Below, in pieces: positions 33,036 through 43,298 of a DNA stretch of 64,000 nt. Positions within the stretch are counted from its first letter, which is position 1, and every line of letters starts with the position of its first letter. Position numbers and translations under genes: made by a program. Source of the stretch: a virus; the IMG/VR virus record IMGVR_UViG_3300021961_000050, positions 24,225 through 88,224 of that record; one strand, 5' to 3'. The notes under the pieces are model-generated. The model was not told the DNA's origin and did no database searches. It saw only the letters and a list, made by a program, of their open reading frames with translations.

Positions 33036-34005
33036 TCTAGCATTAAGAGATAATCTTCCCTGGGATCAAGATTTAGTTTGGACGTATCTTTACCAACAAT
33101 TAGAATCAGATATGCCTATCACAATAGATATTTGTCCTGAGGCTTGTTGTCTAAGATCTGCTGGTGTTTATGATTTGCTTGACAAATTTTGTGTTACTGT
33201 TGGATACAATAAAACCATTACAATTAAAACTGCTAATATGATCGAGTATCATTCAATTTACAAAATAGAACGGAACGCAGGTAGTTGGTATGAACTTCCT
33301 TTACTACAACAATGGTTGAAAGATAATCCAATTATATATACAACTACTCCTTCAAAAATGTTTGGATGCTTTAACAGTAGAAATCACTGGTCAAGACTTT
33401 GGTTGTCAACAATCTTATACAATTACTATAAAGAAAAATCTTTATTAACCTACCACTATGATGGTACCGTTATAAATTTTAACTACGATCTCTATATAGG
33501 TATTGACGATTTGATTAAAAGAGACTGTGAGCAAATTACACAGGCCTACAACTTTTTACAAAACTGTCCGTTGACATTAGATCAGATAAATGAATATCCT
33601 ATACAGCATCCTGCTAATATGTCATTGTTAAAATTTTATCAAGATCTATTTGTTGATATTGTATCTGAAACAAATGTTGCAGGGAATAGTTTTCTAGTTA
33701 CTGAAAAAACCTGGCGTTCAATTATATCTAAAAGACCATTTATTGTGATGTCAAATCAGGGATTCTTACACCATTTAAAAAAATTAGGATTTAAAACATT
33801 TGATTTTTATTGGTCAGAAGAGTATGATCAAAACTCTGATAAAAATAGAATAAAACATATTATTGATTTATTAGATCAACTGTCTAAACTAACATTGGTC
33901 CAAGTTGAAGAAATGTTGAAAGACATGGATGATATTTTAGAACACAATCTATCAGTGTTTAACAGTTTGTCTTTTGGTAGACTCAATGAGATTTTCAATG
34001 GATAG
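33028..34005 (+). CDS. Putative GT-B glycosyltransferase (GT10-like C-terminus)
   Basis: 'IVSETN...FLVTEKTWRSI...PFIV...LGFKTF' motif. Confidence 0.5.
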   Translation: MLSLALRDNLPWDQDLVWTYLYQQLESDMPITIDICPEACCLRSAGVYDLLDKFCVTVGYNKTITIKTANMIEYHSIYKIERNAGSWYELPLLQQWLKDNPIIYTTTPSKMFGCFNSRNHWSRLWLSTILYNYYKEKSLLTYHYDGTVINFNYDLYIGIDDLIKRDCEQITQAYNFLQNCPLTLDQINEYPIQHPANMSLLKFYQDLFVDIVSETNVAGNSFLVTEKTWRSIISKRPFIVMSNQGFLHHLKKLGFKTFDFYWSEEYDQNSDKNRIKHIIDLLDQLSKLTLVQVEEMLKDMDDILEHNLSVFNSLSFGRLNEIFNG

Positions 34006-34744
34006 ACTGTTTACCTTTGGTTGTAGTTTTACAAAATATTGTTGGCCAACTTGGGCTGACATCTTAGCACAATCAGCTGAGCATTATGAAAACTGGGCAA
34101 CTCCTGGTGGAGGCAATCAATACATTTTTAACAGTTTGATAGAATGTCATAAACGAAATAGTCTGACTGCCAACGACACCGTAATTATAATGTGGACCAG
34201 TATCAGTCGTGAAGATAGATATATTAGAGACAAAGGATGGTTAACACCTGGTAGTATCTTCAATCAAACAGACTATGATAAAAATTTTGTAAAAAATCTA
34301 GCAGATCCATATGGTTATTTGATTAGAGATCTAGCAATCATATCAGCTACACGCATGATATTAGATCAAATTGGATGCCAATGGCACTTTTTATCAATGG
34401 TACCTATAGAATATCATGATGACAGTACATATTTTAAGAAAGATCTAAAGATTACAAAAGAAATTAAAGATTTATATCAGATAGAACTTGATCTGATTAA
34501 ACCTAGTGTGTTTGACACAGTGTTTAATGGGGATTGGTCCAGCAGAAAACATCTAAAACCACAGGTTGATGATAATCACCCTACGCCTGGTGAACATTTA
34601 ATTTACTTAAATACAATACTGCCTCAATATAATATTAGTAATGACACAGTTAATTTGGTTAAGTTGAGCGACCAAATTGTATTAGACAATCTGCCATTTG
34701 ATTGGCAGGGTTGGAAATTAAATCAATTAGGAATGAGATTCTAA
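33998..34744 (+). CDS. SGNH/GDSL-like hydrolase or acyltransferase
   Basis: 'FGCSFT' block I, 'GGGN', C-terminal 'DNHP'; track start 33974. Confidence 0.6.
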   Translation: MDRLFTFGCSFTKYCWPTWADILAQSAEHYENWATPGGGNQYIFNSLIECHKRNSLTANDTVIIMWTSISREDRYIRDKGWLTPGSIFNQTDYDKNFVKNLADPYGYLIRDLAIISATRMILDQIGCQWHFLSMVPIEYHDDSTYFKKDLKITKEIKDLYQIELDLIKPSVFDTVFNGDWSSRKHLKPQVDDNHPTPGEHLIYLNTILPQYNISNDTVNLVKLSDQIVLDNLPFDWQGWKLNQLGMRF

Positions 34745-36138
34745 TGAGTGAAAAATCAAAATTTATGGCTTCCGCAGAGGATATGAAAGATCGTTTAGGA
34801 ACGGCTCTCTGTTTGGCTAAATGGCAACAGGTCAGTCTACATCTTACCACAGGCATGACCAACTCATGCTATCATCCACCATTACACGAAATTGATCCTA
34901 GTGTGATTGAAATTAAACCAGCGGCCTTGCATAATACAGAACATAAAAAACAACAGCGTAAAAAAATGTTAGCAGGTGATCGACCCAAGGAGTGTAACTA
35001 CTGCTGGCACATGGAGGATGCTGGACATTTAAGTGATCGTCATTATCGCTCAGGTGAACCATGGGCTTTAGAACACTTTGACTCTATTGTCAATAGTCCA
35101 TGGGACCAAGATGCTACTCCCAGTTATGTAGAAGTTAACTTTAATCATGCCTGTCAAATGGCCTGTAGTTATTGTTCACCACAGTATTCAACAGAATGGG
35201 GTAAAGACATAGAACGCTGGGGTGCTTACCCCACGTCAACACCACATAACGCACCTGAACATTTTCAAGGAAGACGCAAGCCTATACCTAACAGAGAACA
35301 TAATCCCTATGTAGAAGCATTTTGGAAATGGTGGCCTGAATTATACGGATCATTGAAACATTTTCGTATGACAGGTGGCGAGCCCTTAATGGATAAGAAT
35401 ACATACAAAGTTTTTGATTATATTCTAACTTTACCTAAAAAAGATCTGCACGTTGATGTAACATCAAACTTTTCAGTAGAACCTAAACTGTTTAATCAAT
35501 ACATTAACAAAGTCAAAGAACTCTGTACAGATGAAAAGATTGAACACTTTATGCAGTATGTAAGTATAGACACAGGTATACCTAATCATGCTGAATACAT
35601 CAGACACGGACTCCAATGGCAAAGATTTGAAACATATATTCATCAGTACTTAACCAGAGTACCTAATAGAAACAGTTTAACTTTTATTGTTACTCTAAAT
35701 AATTTAAGTATACTAGGTCTACAAAGATTGCTTGAAAATATTTTAGAATATCGTAAACTATACAGTGAAAACTATCAACGCATTTGGTTTGATACTCCAG
35801 TACTACGTACACCAAATTGGCAGAGTCTACAGATATTACCACCAACGTATAGTAAGATATTAGAAAAAACCATTCAATGGATGAAACTTCATCGCTTAGA
35901 AGAAGGATCTAATAATTTTGTTGGATTTAAAGATTATGAAATTCAAAGATTAGAAAGAGATCTTACTTGGATGCAACGTGGTAAAAAACTCACTAAAGAC
36001 TATCTACATAAACAAAGAGCAGACTTCTATAGATTCTTTAATGAATATGACAAACGTAGAAACATTAGTTTTGAAGATACCTTTCCACAAATGAAAGATT
36101 TTTGGCAGGAGTGTAAATGGCATGCAGAAAATTCATGA
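34744..36138 (+). CDS. Radical SAM enzyme with N-terminal Twitch/SPASM-like domain
   Basis: N-terminal 'CLAKW...SCYHP...CNYC', core CQMACSYC, TGGEP; track start 34702. Confidence 0.9.
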   Translation: MSEKSKFMASAEDMKDRLGTALCLAKWQQVSLHLTTGMTNSCYHPPLHEIDPSVIEIKPAALHNTEHKKQQRKKMLAGDRPKECNYCWHMEDAGHLSDRHYRSGEPWALEHFDSIVNSPWDQDATPSYVEVNFNHACQMACSYCSPQYSTEWGKDIERWGAYPTSTPHNAPEHFQGRRKPIPNREHNPYVEAFWKWWPELYGSLKHFRMTGGEPLMDKNTYKVFDYILTLPKKDLHVDVTSNFSVEPKLFNQYINKVKELCTDEKIEHFMQYVSIDTGIPNHAEYIRHGLQWQRFETYIHQYLTRVPNRNSLTFIVTLNNLSILGLQRLLENILEYRKLYSENYQRIWFDTPVLRTPNWQSLQILPPTYSKILEKTIQWMKLHRLEEGSNNFVGFKDYEIQRLERDLTWMQRGKKLTKDYLHKQRADFYRFFNEYDKRRNISFEDTFPQMKDFWQECKWHAENS

Positions 36139-36277
36139 CAATACCTGCCCAGCATTTTTTAATGACGCTACAATAGATCCTTCTGGTTCTTATAGTCCTT
36201 GTACTGCTTTAGGCGGTGGAGCATTTAAATTTCCTAATAAAACATTTAAAGAATTTAGTAAACTTTTAGATATTTAA
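36122..36277 (+). pseudogene. Truncated Twitch-domain radical SAM remnant (51 aa)
   Basis: MQKIHDNTCPAFFNDATIDPSGSYSPCTAL...*; matches the C..(P)W....I.PDG...PC start of neighbouring paralogs but stops before any CxxxCxxC. Confidence 0.55.
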
Positions 36278-36281
36278 GAGA

Positions 36282-37628
36282 ATGCCAAAATTAGCCAACG
36301 AAACAGATTTAGAATATAAACGCAGAGTTATAGATATCAAGTCAGAATCATTCTGTGGAGCCAAATGGTATAACGCTACCATATGGTTAGGATCAGGCAT
36401 GACTACCAGTTGTCATCATCCCTTACCACATGCCATTGATGTTAAACAAATAGAATTTAATCCCAAGGCCATACACAACACTGTTGAAAAGAAAGAGCAA
36501 CGCAGACAGATGCAGGTGGGAGAAAGACCAGCAGGCTGTGAATACTGTTGGAAAATTGAGGACATGGGCACTGATAAGATATCAGACCGTGTAGATAAAA
36601 CCGTAATTTATACAGATGGAGAATTAGATGAAGCGTTCCAAAAAGATTACAGAGAAGACGTCAACCTACGAACTTTGGAAATTGCTTTTGATCGCACTTG
36701 CCAGCTGGCCTGTAGTTACTGCAATCCTGCTTTTTCCAGTACTTGGGCTAGAGATATCAAGCGGCAAGGCCCATATAACGGACTCATTAGTGATGGTCGT
36801 AATCATTTCACACATACTCATACTAGCAGTCAACTTTTTAGCATTAACGATCACAATCCATATATTGACGCATTCTTCAAGTGGTGGGAAACAGACCTCC
36901 ACAAAACACTAACTGAGTTACGTATAACAGGCGGTGAACCCTTGATGTCAGGATATACTTGGCAACTGTTTGATTGGTTTAAGGCAAATAGAGGGCAGTC
37001 AAAGACACGTATTGCTATTAATAGTAATCTAGCATTTGAACAAGATAAAATAGATAGACTGTTAGAAGCCGCAAAAGATGTTGAACTAGACATATACACA
37101 TCATGTGAAGCAACATTTGAACGAGCAGAATATATTCGTGATGGATTAGATTATAACCAATGGTTCAACAATGTTGAATATTTGTTAGAAAGTAAAAAAC
37201 TTAGAGGCCTACATGTGATGTGTACTATCAATAGTTTATGTTTAATCAGTTTGCCTAACTTCCTAAGACATATTATATATCTAAAGAAAAAGTACGGGCA
37301 AGATGCAATTAACTTTACTCTAAATATCCTACGCTTTCCTAGTTTCCAGTCACCATTGGTATTACCTAAAGAGTTTAGACAGGCACAGGCTAATAGACTA
37401 GGTATTGTTTTACACAACTATAGCGAACATTTACACGAGTTTGAACGAAATCACATAGAACGATTAATAGATTATTTAGAACTAGTAGACAAACCACATG
37501 CAGATGCTTTTGAAGAAAAGAAACTGACGCACGATTTTAAACAGTTTTATCAACAATATGACGAACGTAGAGGTAAAAACTTTCAAGAAACGTTTCCTGA
37601 ACTAAAAGATTGGTATAAAACCTTATGA
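36282..37628 (+). CDS. Radical SAM enzyme with N-terminal Twitch/SPASM-like domain
   Basis: 'CGAKW...SCHHP...CEYC', CQLACSYC, TGGEP. Confidence 0.9.
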   Translation: MPKLANETDLEYKRRVIDIKSESFCGAKWYNATIWLGSGMTTSCHHPLPHAIDVKQIEFNPKAIHNTVEKKEQRRQMQVGERPAGCEYCWKIEDMGTDKISDRVDKTVIYTDGELDEAFQKDYREDVNLRTLEIAFDRTCQLACSYCNPAFSSTWARDIKRQGPYNGLISDGRNHFTHTHTSSQLFSINDHNPYIDAFFKWWETDLHKTLTELRITGGEPLMSGYTWQLFDWFKANRGQSKTRIAINSNLAFEQDKIDRLLEAAKDVELDIYTSCEATFERAEYIRDGLDYNQWFNNVEYLLESKKLRGLHVMCTINSLCLISLPNFLRHIIYLKKKYGQDAINFTLNILRFPSFQSPLVLPKEFRQAQANRLGIVLHNYSEHLHEFERNHIERLIDYLELVDKPHADAFEEKKLTHDFKQFYQQYDERRGKNFQETFPELKDWYKTL

Positions 37629-38941
37629 GTGATAAAGAAAAAGATTACTATAAAAATTATAACTACAATGATCGTAAGCCTATATATATTAACGATAGCG
37701 AGTTAAGATCTGATCAATTGGAAAGACTAACAGAAAGTAAAGTTTTTTGTTTAATTCCGTGGATTCATTTACATGCTTTTCCAGATGGTCGTGCTTATCC
37801 CTGTTGTCTCAGTGATATGAATCTTCCAATTGGCAATTTAAAAAAAGACACTATGAAAACTGTTTGGAATGGCGACCCTTACAAAAACATGCGTAAAAAT
37901 ATGCTTGAAGAACAACCTTGTAAAGAATGTACCAAATGTTATGAACAAGAGCAAAGTGGTTTTATGAGTATGCGTAATTCAGCCAACAAAAACTTTGGTC
38001 AACATATTGGTTTAGTAGACAACACAAAAGAAGATGGCACCTATGAAGATTTTAAAATTAGATACTACGACATCAGATTTAGTAATTTGTGTAATATGAG
38101 TTGTCGTACTTGTGGTAGTCTCTTTAGTAGTAGTTGGTATAATGAAGAAACTAAATTGTTTGGTCCTAGGAATCATCCACAGATCATGTATGCCGGTCGT
38201 ACTGAAATGGATATGTGGGAGCAGATGCAAGAACATATACCCTATGTAGAGCAAATTTACTTTGCTGGTGGCGAACCATTGATCATGGAAGAACACTATA
38301 GAGTTCTTAAAGAGCTGGTAAGGTTAGAAAGATTTGATGTTAGACTAATTTACAATACAAATTTTAGTAGACTTAATCTTAAAGATGAAGATGTTTTAGA
38401 TTATTGGAGTATGTTTGACAGTGTCAGTGTTGGCGCCAGTTTAGATGCTATGGGTGATCGTGCTGAGTATATTCGTAAAGGTACACGTTGGGATGAAATT
38501 GTTGAAAATAGAAAACGCATGATTGAAAAATGTCCTAAAGTAGATTTTTATATAAGTTCAACAGTGAGTATCTATAACGCATTTCATGTCAGTGATTTTC
38601 ATAGAGAATGGGTTAACCAAGGATTAATACAACCACAAGATTGGAATATTAATATTTTACAATTTTCTGACAGAGATAGAATAGATGTGTTACCAAAAAA
38701 CTATAAATTAGAATTAACTAAAAAAATTACAGACCATATCGCGTGGTTAGAACCACTTGACAAACTTAATAGAGCTACAAACGGTTATAGAAGTATGTTA
38801 AATTTTTTAAATCAAGAAGACAAACAACATCTACTAGCAGAATTTTTTAGAATCAATGATAAAATGGATGTCTATAGAAAAGAAAGATTTGCACAGGTGT
38901 TTCCTGAGTACAAGGATTTAAGAACTTATGTCATTGCCTGA
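37625..38941 (+). CDS. Radical SAM enzyme with N-terminal Twitch/SPASM-like domain
   Basis: 'CLIPW...PDGRAYPCC...CTKC', CNMSCRTC, AGGEP. Confidence 0.9.
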   Translation: MSDKEKDYYKNYNYNDRKPIYINDSELRSDQLERLTESKVFCLIPWIHLHAFPDGRAYPCCLSDMNLPIGNLKKDTMKTVWNGDPYKNMRKNMLEEQPCKECTKCYEQEQSGFMSMRNSANKNFGQHIGLVDNTKEDGTYEDFKIRYYDIRFSNLCNMSCRTCGSLFSSSWYNEETKLFGPRNHPQIMYAGRTEMDMWEQMQEHIPYVEQIYFAGGEPLIMEEHYRVLKELVRLERFDVRLIYNTNFSRLNLKDEDVLDYWSMFDSVSVGASLDAMGDRAEYIRKGTRWDEIVENRKRMIEKCPKVDFYISSTVSIYNAFHVSDFHREWVNQGLIQPQDWNINILQFSDRDRIDVLPKNYKLELTKKITDHIAWLEPLDKLNRATNGYRSMLNFLNQEDKQHLLAEFFRINDKMDVYRKERFAQVFPEYKDLRTYVIA

Positions 38942-40127
38942 TAAGATCTGTATGTTACCTTGGATATCAATGGAAACGTCTCCAATTGGTACAGCACGAC
39001 CTTGTTGTCTGGCCACAGATGAAATTACACAGTCTGATGGAGAAAAATTTAATCTTAGAGAACACACTTTAGAAGAAATATACCACAGTGACTATATGAA
39101 AGATCTTAGACAGCAGTTCTTAGATGGTAAACAACCTAAGACATGCCAACGTTGTTGGAGTGAAGAAGCCGCTGGTCGCACATCAAAGCGTATGAACAGT
39201 CGCATTCGTCTCAAAGAGTATTACAATCAAATTAATTGGACAGATACTAATCCTGATCAACTATGGTTCCTTGATCTTAAACTAGGTAACATCTGTAATT
39301 TAAAATGTCGTATTTGCGGATCATGGTCAAGTTCAAAATGGGCTAAAGAAGAAATAGACTATGTACCTGATCTTAAAGATCGTAAAGAGCACCTTGCTTA
39401 TAAATTTTTACAGGCGGGTAGTTGGCCAAGAGAGAATCCAGACTTTTGGCTAAACATGAATACCCTATTACCTAATATCAAATACTTAGAGTTTACTGGC
39501 GGCGAGCCATTTCTAATACAACAGCACTTTGACTTTTTAAAAACGGCTGTAAGAACAGGACACGCAGAACATATTGAAATACATTACAATACCAACGGCA
39601 CACAGTTTCCAGAAGATAGAGATCTATGGAAAGAGTTTAAACATGTTGAAATAGCATTTTCAATTGACAACACTGAACAGCGTTTTGAATATGAACGTTA
39701 TGGTGCAGATTGGAATGAAGTGCAGAATAATATTAAACGATTTAATGACATGCGTGGACCTAAACTGAGCACACAACTCTGTACCACAATGAATATTCAA
39801 AATGTCTATTATCTACCTGAAATTTGTGATTGGATAGATACACAAACATTTGACCATGTCTACTTTAACATGTTGCATGATCCATGGCATATGAACATAA
39901 CACACATGACAGACCAAGCACAGAATTTAGTCATTGATAGACTTTCATCACATGCTTTTAACATCAAATATGTCAATGAAATTCAAAACATTATAAATTT
40001 TATTAAAAATGGTAATGGTAGTACCGGTATACCTTTTTGTACACAAATGAAACAGACAGATCAATACCGCAATCAAAGTTTCTTAGAGACACATCCAGAA
40101 ATAGCAAAGGCCATGGGTTATGAGTGA
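38928..40127 (+). CDS. Radical SAM enzyme with N-terminal Twitch/SPASM-like domain
   Basis: 'CMLPW...PCC...CQRC', CNLKCRIC, TGGEP, NTNG. Confidence 0.9.
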   Translation: MSLPDKICMLPWISMETSPIGTARPCCLATDEITQSDGEKFNLREHTLEEIYHSDYMKDLRQQFLDGKQPKTCQRCWSEEAAGRTSKRMNSRIRLKEYYNQINWTDTNPDQLWFLDLKLGNICNLKCRICGSWSSSKWAKEEIDYVPDLKDRKEHLAYKFLQAGSWPRENPDFWLNMNTLLPNIKYLEFTGGEPFLIQQHFDFLKTAVRTGHAEHIEIHYNTNGTQFPEDRDLWKEFKHVEIAFSIDNTEQRFEYERYGADWNEVQNNIKRFNDMRGPKLSTQLCTTMNIQNVYYLPEICDWIDTQTFDHVYFNMLHDPWHMNITHMTDQAQNLVIDRLSSHAFNIKYVNEIQNIINFIKNGNGSTGIPFCTQMKQTDQYRNQSFLETHPEIAKAMGYE

Positions 40128-41505
40128 TGACAAATATCTAATAACCACTCGTCGTGATAGTGAAATGAGTGTGAGCATATATAATACTGTTTATGACCCT
40201 AAAACAATGCCTAAACCTGTTGGGTTATGTATGGCTCCTTGGACTCATACATATCTAAACCCACAAACTGAGCGTAGAATGTGTTGCGCCAGCCGTGAAT
40301 CTGCACAGAACTTTGAACAGTACATAGATACAAAAGCAGGAACTGGTAAGTATATTCCCATCACACTAGAAGAGCATTGGAATGGTGAACACATGAAGAG
40401 TGTACGCAGACGCATGATGCGTGGCGAACGACTGCCTGAATGTGAAGTATGCAATGATAAATTACTAAACACTGACGTTTACAGAAGTTATTTTGAAAGA
40501 CTCTTTGGTGATAAGTATTTACGTATATGGGACACTACAGATGATACAGGCTATACCACAATGAAGCCTGTAAGTTGGGACTACCGTTTCAGCAATCTTT
40601 GTAATTTTAAGTGTCGCATGTGTGGTGATATGTTGTCAAGTGCTTGGGAGTCAGAGCAGAGGCAACATAACATGATAGACTGGTCAAATCCTAAAAATAA
40701 TTGGATGCTTCCAGAAATAAAAGAACAGATAGAACTGTTCCAGTCATCTCAAATTGAAAAAGAGTTCTCAGACGCCGTTGAGTCTCATCAAGTTGAAGAA
40801 GTATATTGGGTTGGTGGTGAACCTCTAATGTACGATCAACATTGGAGATACATGAAACGTATCGTTGACCTAGGAGATGGCAAAAATGTTTACGCTAGAT
40901 ACAACACAAATCTTAGTCGCATCAACTATCGCGGTATCAATCTCTATAATGATATTCTATCTGGGCTACGTGATTGGCAAATCTGTGCAAGCCTTGATGG
41001 TACAGGACAAGTTGGAGAGTATATCCGAACAGGTCTTAGCTATCAAACGTGGCTTGAGAACTTTAAAGCAGGTCTTGCACGATCTACACACCGCCGTCAA
41101 ATGAGAATAGACTTCACACTTACCCTACCAGGTATGTTTGAAGTTAAAAATATAGATAATCTAGCAGTGATGCTAGATGTGGACTTGTTAAGTAAGGTGG
41201 TGTTTAGTTTTTCATCAGACATCATCTTAAGTCCACTTGCACTTCCAAAAAAACTATTACATGCTAAGATTGATGATCTATTATCTAATACACTAACCAA
41301 TCGTTCTCTCATTGACACATTAGAACAATTAAAATCTAGACCAACTTTTGAAGAACAATGGCCCAATGAGTACAAGTATGGTCTTGCAAAAGGTAAGGCT
41401 CGTGTGTTACAATTAGAGAGTATACGTAAAGATAAATTTACCTTACGTGATATATTGTCACATGATAAAGATATATTAGAATGGTGGGATTCAATTGGAA
41501 ATTAA
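40120..41505 (+). CDS. Radical SAM enzyme with N-terminal Twitch/SPASM-like domain
   Basis: 'CMAPW...MCC...CEVC', CNFKCRMC, VGGEP. Confidence 0.9.
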   Translation: MSDDKYLITTRRDSEMSVSIYNTVYDPKTMPKPVGLCMAPWTHTYLNPQTERRMCCASRESAQNFEQYIDTKAGTGKYIPITLEEHWNGEHMKSVRRRMMRGERLPECEVCNDKLLNTDVYRSYFERLFGDKYLRIWDTTDDTGYTTMKPVSWDYRFSNLCNFKCRMCGDMLSSAWESEQRQHNMIDWSNPKNNWMLPEIKEQIELFQSSQIEKEFSDAVESHQVEEVYWVGGEPLMYDQHWRYMKRIVDLGDGKNVYARYNTNLSRINYRGINLYNDILSGLRDWQICASLDGTGQVGEYIRTGLSYQTWLENFKAGLARSTHRRQMRIDFTLTLPGMFEVKNIDNLAVMLDVDLLSKVVFSFSSDIILSPLALPKKLLHAKIDDLLSNTLTNRSLIDTLEQLKSRPTFEEQWPNEYKYGLAKGKARVLQLESIRKDKFTLRDILSHDKDILEWWDSIGN

Positions 41506-42553
41506 AGTTACTCTACGTAATCCGTTGGACAAACAAGATTTTTTGGATTATTATATAGTTCCAAATAATAGTCAACTGGCCTGTGATTGGTTTGGTGCTC
41601 TACAGCAACTATTAAAAAATGGTAATCTATTAGAAAAGAACTTTTGTTTTTTAGGATTTCCTAACTCAGCAAGAACAGTTGACTATCTATGTAAAGAACT
41701 TAATTGGGCAGTTGATCAAATAAATTCTGCATTTGCTGATTATAATATTTTAGAAATTTTTACCAGTGATGCAGTGTCTAATAATCAAAACTTGCTTAAC
41801 CATTTACATAATCATTTTGAACAGTTACAAGGTACGGTAGAAAATTTAAGCAGTTACTATAAACGTGCTGACTACGATACCAAATATGCTATCAGACAAT
41901 TAAACAATCTTTGTCATGAACTAGAAAGCCTATTACTAAGTCAACGCAAACAACGTTCAGATCCAGAATGGGTTAGACCTAGTCAGATAACCACGTTCTT
42001 ACACGCACAGAGATACGAATTAACAGATGAGCATCGTCAGGGATTTGTTGCCAATGGATATGATCGTAAGTTTAGTCATGTCTATATGCACTGGACGCAG
42101 ATAGGAAAGACCTTGTTTGAAGTGTTCCGTGATGAACATGCACCTACACTAACAGACACAGTCTGTGAAGCAATTACTCATTTGCGTTATTATTCAGGTG
42201 AGTTTGATGTAGAATGGGGTAACACTGTGACCTATGGTGGTAACAATCCATGGCACAATTTAGAACAGGATAAATTTATCCAATGGCTAATAGATAATGG
42301 ATTTGATCCTAAGGATACAAAATTAAGTTTAGGATATTTGCCTCTTGGGCATATAGATTTGATGAAATCATTTGGCACTGACGATCCTATCAGAGTAAGA
42401 GAAATATTGGGTCGTTATCTTGATATCTATAGTATAGAGGCGGGTGAATGCTCTAATGTATTTGACTATTGTTGGGCTGACAGTGATCATAAACAGCGTC
42501 AAATTGAATCAATGAAACCTGGATATGATTACAGTAGCAAGGAGAATGTATGA
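41495..42553 (+). CDS. Hypothetical protein, His-rich motifs (possible metalloprotein)
   Basis: 352-aa ORF (TTG start) in operon; 'LNHLHNHFE', 'LNNLCHELE'. Confidence 0.6.
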   Translation: MEIKVTLRNPLDKQDFLDYYIVPNNSQLACDWFGALQQLLKNGNLLEKNFCFLGFPNSARTVDYLCKELNWAVDQINSAFADYNILEIFTSDAVSNNQNLLNHLHNHFEQLQGTVENLSSYYKRADYDTKYAIRQLNNLCHELESLLLSQRKQRSDPEWVRPSQITTFLHAQRYELTDEHRQGFVANGYDRKFSHVYMHWTQIGKTLFEVFRDEHAPTLTDTVCEAITHLRYYSGEFDVEWGNTVTYGGNNPWHNLEQDKFIQWLIDNGFDPKDTKLSLGYLPLGHIDLMKSFGTDDPIRVREILGRYLDIYSIEAGECSNVFDYCWADSDHKQRQIESMKPGYDYSSKENV

Positions 42554-42651
42554 AGTGGTTAAAGAAAATAATTGAAAGAATTAAATTAGAAATCAGATAC
42601 AGAAAACGTCTGAGAGAACTTAAAAAGAAAGATCCATTTATCTATAAATGA
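42550..42651 (+). CDS. 33-aa basic peptide ending KDPFIYK
   Basis: AAGGAG RBS, ATGA overlaps at both ends; MKWLKKIIERIKLEIRYRKRLRELKKKDPFIYK. Confidence 0.7.
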   Translation: MKWLKKIIERIKLEIRYRKRLRELKKKDPFIYK

Positions 42652-43298
42652 AAATACTTACACTAGGCGATAGTTTTACCAAAGGCAGTGAATTAGCAGA
42701 TCCTGTTAGTTCTGCTTGGCCATCTGTGCTGGCTAATATTGGAGAGCACAATGTGACCAATGAAGCGGAATACGGTGGTAGTAATGATATGATGTTTCGT
42801 AAAGCCATTGAACTAACAGCAGTGGATCATTACGATTTAATCATCATTGCTTGGACTGAAGCACATAGAATGGAAGTCTATCTTAATGAACCTAGAGACA
42901 TGGAATATAGATCATACACTGTAGGTCCGTTGAGTATAAATCATAACTGGGGTAATCTAAAATGGACCAAAGAATATTATGCTGAACATTATAATGAAGA
43001 ATATTTTTTAAGAAAGTGGCTAACACAGGTTATAGCTCTACAGGGATATTTTAAAAGTAGAGACCAAAAATATATTTTTTTAAATGCTTTTGGAAACCAA
43101 CAGGCTTTACCAAAATATAATTTAACAACTAAACAATCTGTTGATTCTAAATATTTTTTAGGTTGGCCCAATGAAGGAATAGTAGAATGGGTTTATGGAT
43201 TACCCAAAGGCAAATATGGGCATCCATTAGAACAGGCACACATATTAATTGCAGAGAAAATCAATGAAAGTATTAGGAATTTCAGCTGGGTTTCATGA
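42648..43298 (+). CDS. SGNH/GDSL-like hydrolase or acyltransferase
   Basis: 'LGDSFT', 'GGSN', C-terminal 'GHPLEQAH'. Confidence 0.7.
   Translation: MKILTLGDSFTKGSELADPVSSAWPSVLANIGEHNVTNEAEYGGSNDMMFRKAIELTAVDHYDLIIIAWTEAHRMEVYLNEPRDMEYRSYTVGPLSINHNWGNLKWTKEYYAEHYNEEYFLRKWLTQVIALQGYFKSRDQKYIFLNAFGNQQALPKYNLTTKQSVDSKYFLGWPNEGIVEWVYGLPKGKYGHPLEQAHILIAEKINESIRNFSWVS

Noticed and set aside
34744-41505. Classical RiPP (ranthipeptide/sactipeptide) cluster
   Set aside because: No RRE/PqqD domain, peptidase or transporter evident, and context is dominated by sugar enzymes; not fully excluded
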